Shown here: one piece after another, positions 62,397 through 64,000 of the stretch | How positions within the stretch are numbered: the stretch's first letter is position 1 | Layout of the letters: every line of letters begins with the position of its first letter | From: Methanobacteriota archaeon | Lineage (GTDB): Archaea > Methanobacteriota > Methanobacteria > Methanobacteriales > Methanobacteriaceae | NCBI GenBank assembly: GCA_963787255.1 | Contig: CAWBCJ010000001.1 | Location: forward strand, 80,122 to 144,121 | Direction of reading: 5' to 3' | DNA length: 64,000 nt | Program-made: the position numbers and the translations under genes | The notes under the pieces: model-generated | Databases searched by the model: none | The model's input: only the letters and a program-made list of their open reading frames with translations | What the model was told of the DNA's origin: nothing

Positions 62397-62963
62397 ATGA
62401 GTTCATCAAAATTTGTGCATCTTGAAAACGCTTATAAAGTTATTGGATCACTCATATCCACATATCTAAGTATAATATTAACTATTGGATTTCTAGTACC
62501 CTGGATAATAGGTGCAATTCAAATTAAGAATTTTGATGAGATTATAAGCCTAATAGAAGTTTTTGTTTTAGTATCAGCTACACTATCCCTTCTGGCATTC
62601 ACCTATATAATGGCAATGAGTGATTTAAACCATAAAGTAAAAAAATCAATTGTTGAAGCCGGCGAACTGTTCTTCATGTCCACAGTCCAATTTATAATAG
62701 GCTTATTCCTCTTCTTATTCATGGAAAATGTATTCGGCAACTTTCTGGATTTATCCACTTTAAAGGTGAGTTTTTCTTTAAGTGGATTAACAACCATAAT
62801 TTTAGTTATTATTCAGCTCATTATACTACTTGAAATAATATTTGCTTTCTCCAAATTCTTTAGAGGAGTAGTGAAAACATACATGTCCTTTAGAGCTAAA
62901 AATTTAAGGGAATCCATCTTTTATTTAATTTTAAGGAATAAAATAATGGATAAAGTCAAATAA
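62397..62963 (+). CDS. Four-TM hypothetical membrane protein
   Basis: 188-aa ORF with four hydrophobic segments and host-like codon usage. Confidence 0.75.
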   Translation: MSSSKFVHLENAYKVIGSLISTYLSIILTIGFLVPWIIGAIQIKNFDEIISLIEVFVLVSATLSLLAFTYIMAMSDLNHKVKKSIVEAGELFFMSTVQFIIGLFLFLFMENVFGNFLDLSTLKVSFSLSGLTTIILVIIQLIILLEIIFAFSKFFRGVVKTYMSFRAKNLRESIFYLILRNKIMDKVK

Positions 62964-63003
62964 AAAATACTTAAATTATAAAAATTAAATGAGGATTTTT
63001 TAT

Positions 63004-63505
63004 ATGGAATTAGAAGATAATATAAAAATTGCAGGCTTCAAACACCAAATAACTGATTTTAAAGAATTAATGACCCAAATAAACGAAATTAGCCAGGGTT
63101 GCACTCTTCAACTTTTAAATGCAGATGGAATTGCAGGATATGAACATGCACTTCATGCAACAGTTCACGCAATTAAAGCATTCGAAACGAGGCGAAAACA
63201 TTGCAAATGACCTCGGACTAGAAATATGCCTGCGTGCATCAGCACAAAGACAAATCTCTAAAGCACTAGATGTTCTAGGAATCAAAAATGGTGAAATGAA
63301 TATTTGTGCAGTTGCCCTAAATTGTAGAGAAGATATAATTGAAGAATTAGAGAAAATATTAGATAAAAGAGATGATAATGTCTTAAAACCAGATGAAAAT
63401 ATTCTTAAAGGGATTTATAAAATATCTGATGCTGAAATTGATGCTTCAGGCAGCATCACTAATGTTATGATAGAAAAAACAACGTTACTAATATTAGATT
63501 CATAA
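63004..63505 (+). CDS. cgi121: KEOPS subunit Cgi121, split by a +1 frameshift near 63187
   Basis: QLLNADGIAG.EH..HA..HAIKAF, then RGENIANDLGLEICLRASAQRQISKAL..LGIK in the next frame. Confidence 0.88.
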
Positions 63506-63523
63506 AAAAAATTTCTTTATTAG

Positions 63524-64000
63524 TTAATCAATTATCCCCTTAACTATCTGAACTAGTTCTGTAAGAGTATCCTTTTCTAGACATCTTAAGTCAAGATTTT
63601 TAACTTCTAGGCAAACGGCATCCATCTCTAGACGATCATATCTAGGGCAAGTAGTTATAATATTTCTTCCATCAGCTTTTAGTTTCTGCCGGAGCAAATA
63701 ACCCGTTTTTTTAGGATTATCCGTCTTTAAAGCCACTGTAATTCCCCTTTTATCTGGATGAATCGTTGTTTTAAGCTTATTTTTTATAAACAGACATGCA
63801 TTTATTGTTTTTTCTAAAGCATCCGGTGCATTTTTGATTTCCGCTGTTATTCCTGCACAAGTAACATGATTTGCTTTTAAAGATCTTAAAATGAACTTCG
63901 ATCTTCTAAGAATTTCATTGTTATTTGTGGAAATGAATCCACCGCTTCCAACGTTTACTATTTTTGGAGAACCAGTTGAAGCTAAAATAATGTGGGCAGT
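63524..64000 (-). CDS. C-terminal part of a PLP-dependent (DegT/DnrJ-like) protein, entering from the window end
   Basis: Frame is open from 64000: AHIILASTGSPKIVNVGSGGFISTN...IITTCPRYDR...EVKNLD. S-x4-K-x4-GSGG resembles the PLP-lysine motif. Confidence 0.65.
   Translation of the reverse strand, partial: TAHIILASTGSPKIVNVGSGGFISTNNNEILRRSKFILRSLKANHVTCAGITAEIKNAPDALEKTINACLFIKNKLKTTIHPDKRGITVALKTDNPKKTGYLLRQKLKADGRNIITTCPRYDRLEMDAVCLEVKNLDLRCLEKDTLTELVQIVKGIID

Overview
AT-rich archaeal chromosomal DNA, almost certainly from a Methanobacteriales methanogen (Methanobacterium-like). This assignment rests on hycI/nikR, hypAB, cobQ, lonB, prs, DUF1890/DUF1894, a geranylgeranyl reductase-trm11-cimA cluster, cgi121, TTTATATA promoters and GGAGG(TGA) ribosome-binding sites. 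Core genes and three tRNAs (two Gly, one Ala) occupy about 1-23.8 kb and 56.4-64 kb. About 23.8-56.3 kb is accessory. It holds (i) a cassette-like run of small bacterial-type genes and pseudogenes punctuated by three co-oriented copies of a ~36-bp imperfect palindrome; (ii) an anSME + DUF1269-arylsulfatase + SulP locus; (iii) a PRC-barrel + two membrane coiled-coil operon; (iv) a 6.5-kb efflux block (ionophore-type ABC, MFS, TspO) bounded by a 33-bp direct repeat; (v) a 12-gene Cys/Met-rich cluster joining ArsP/thioredoxin/DUF2703 to a DsrE/F/H sulfur relay with three paralogous zinc-ribbon microproteins; and (vi) a tnpB-only IS200/IS605 element with a RuvC-I Asp-to-Glu change and a hairpin-rich omega-RNA region. 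Many single-base frameshifts, including in cobQ and cgi121, suggest sequencing or consensus indel errors, so pseudogene calls are provisional. All family assignments come from motif recognition by eye; no database searches were run.
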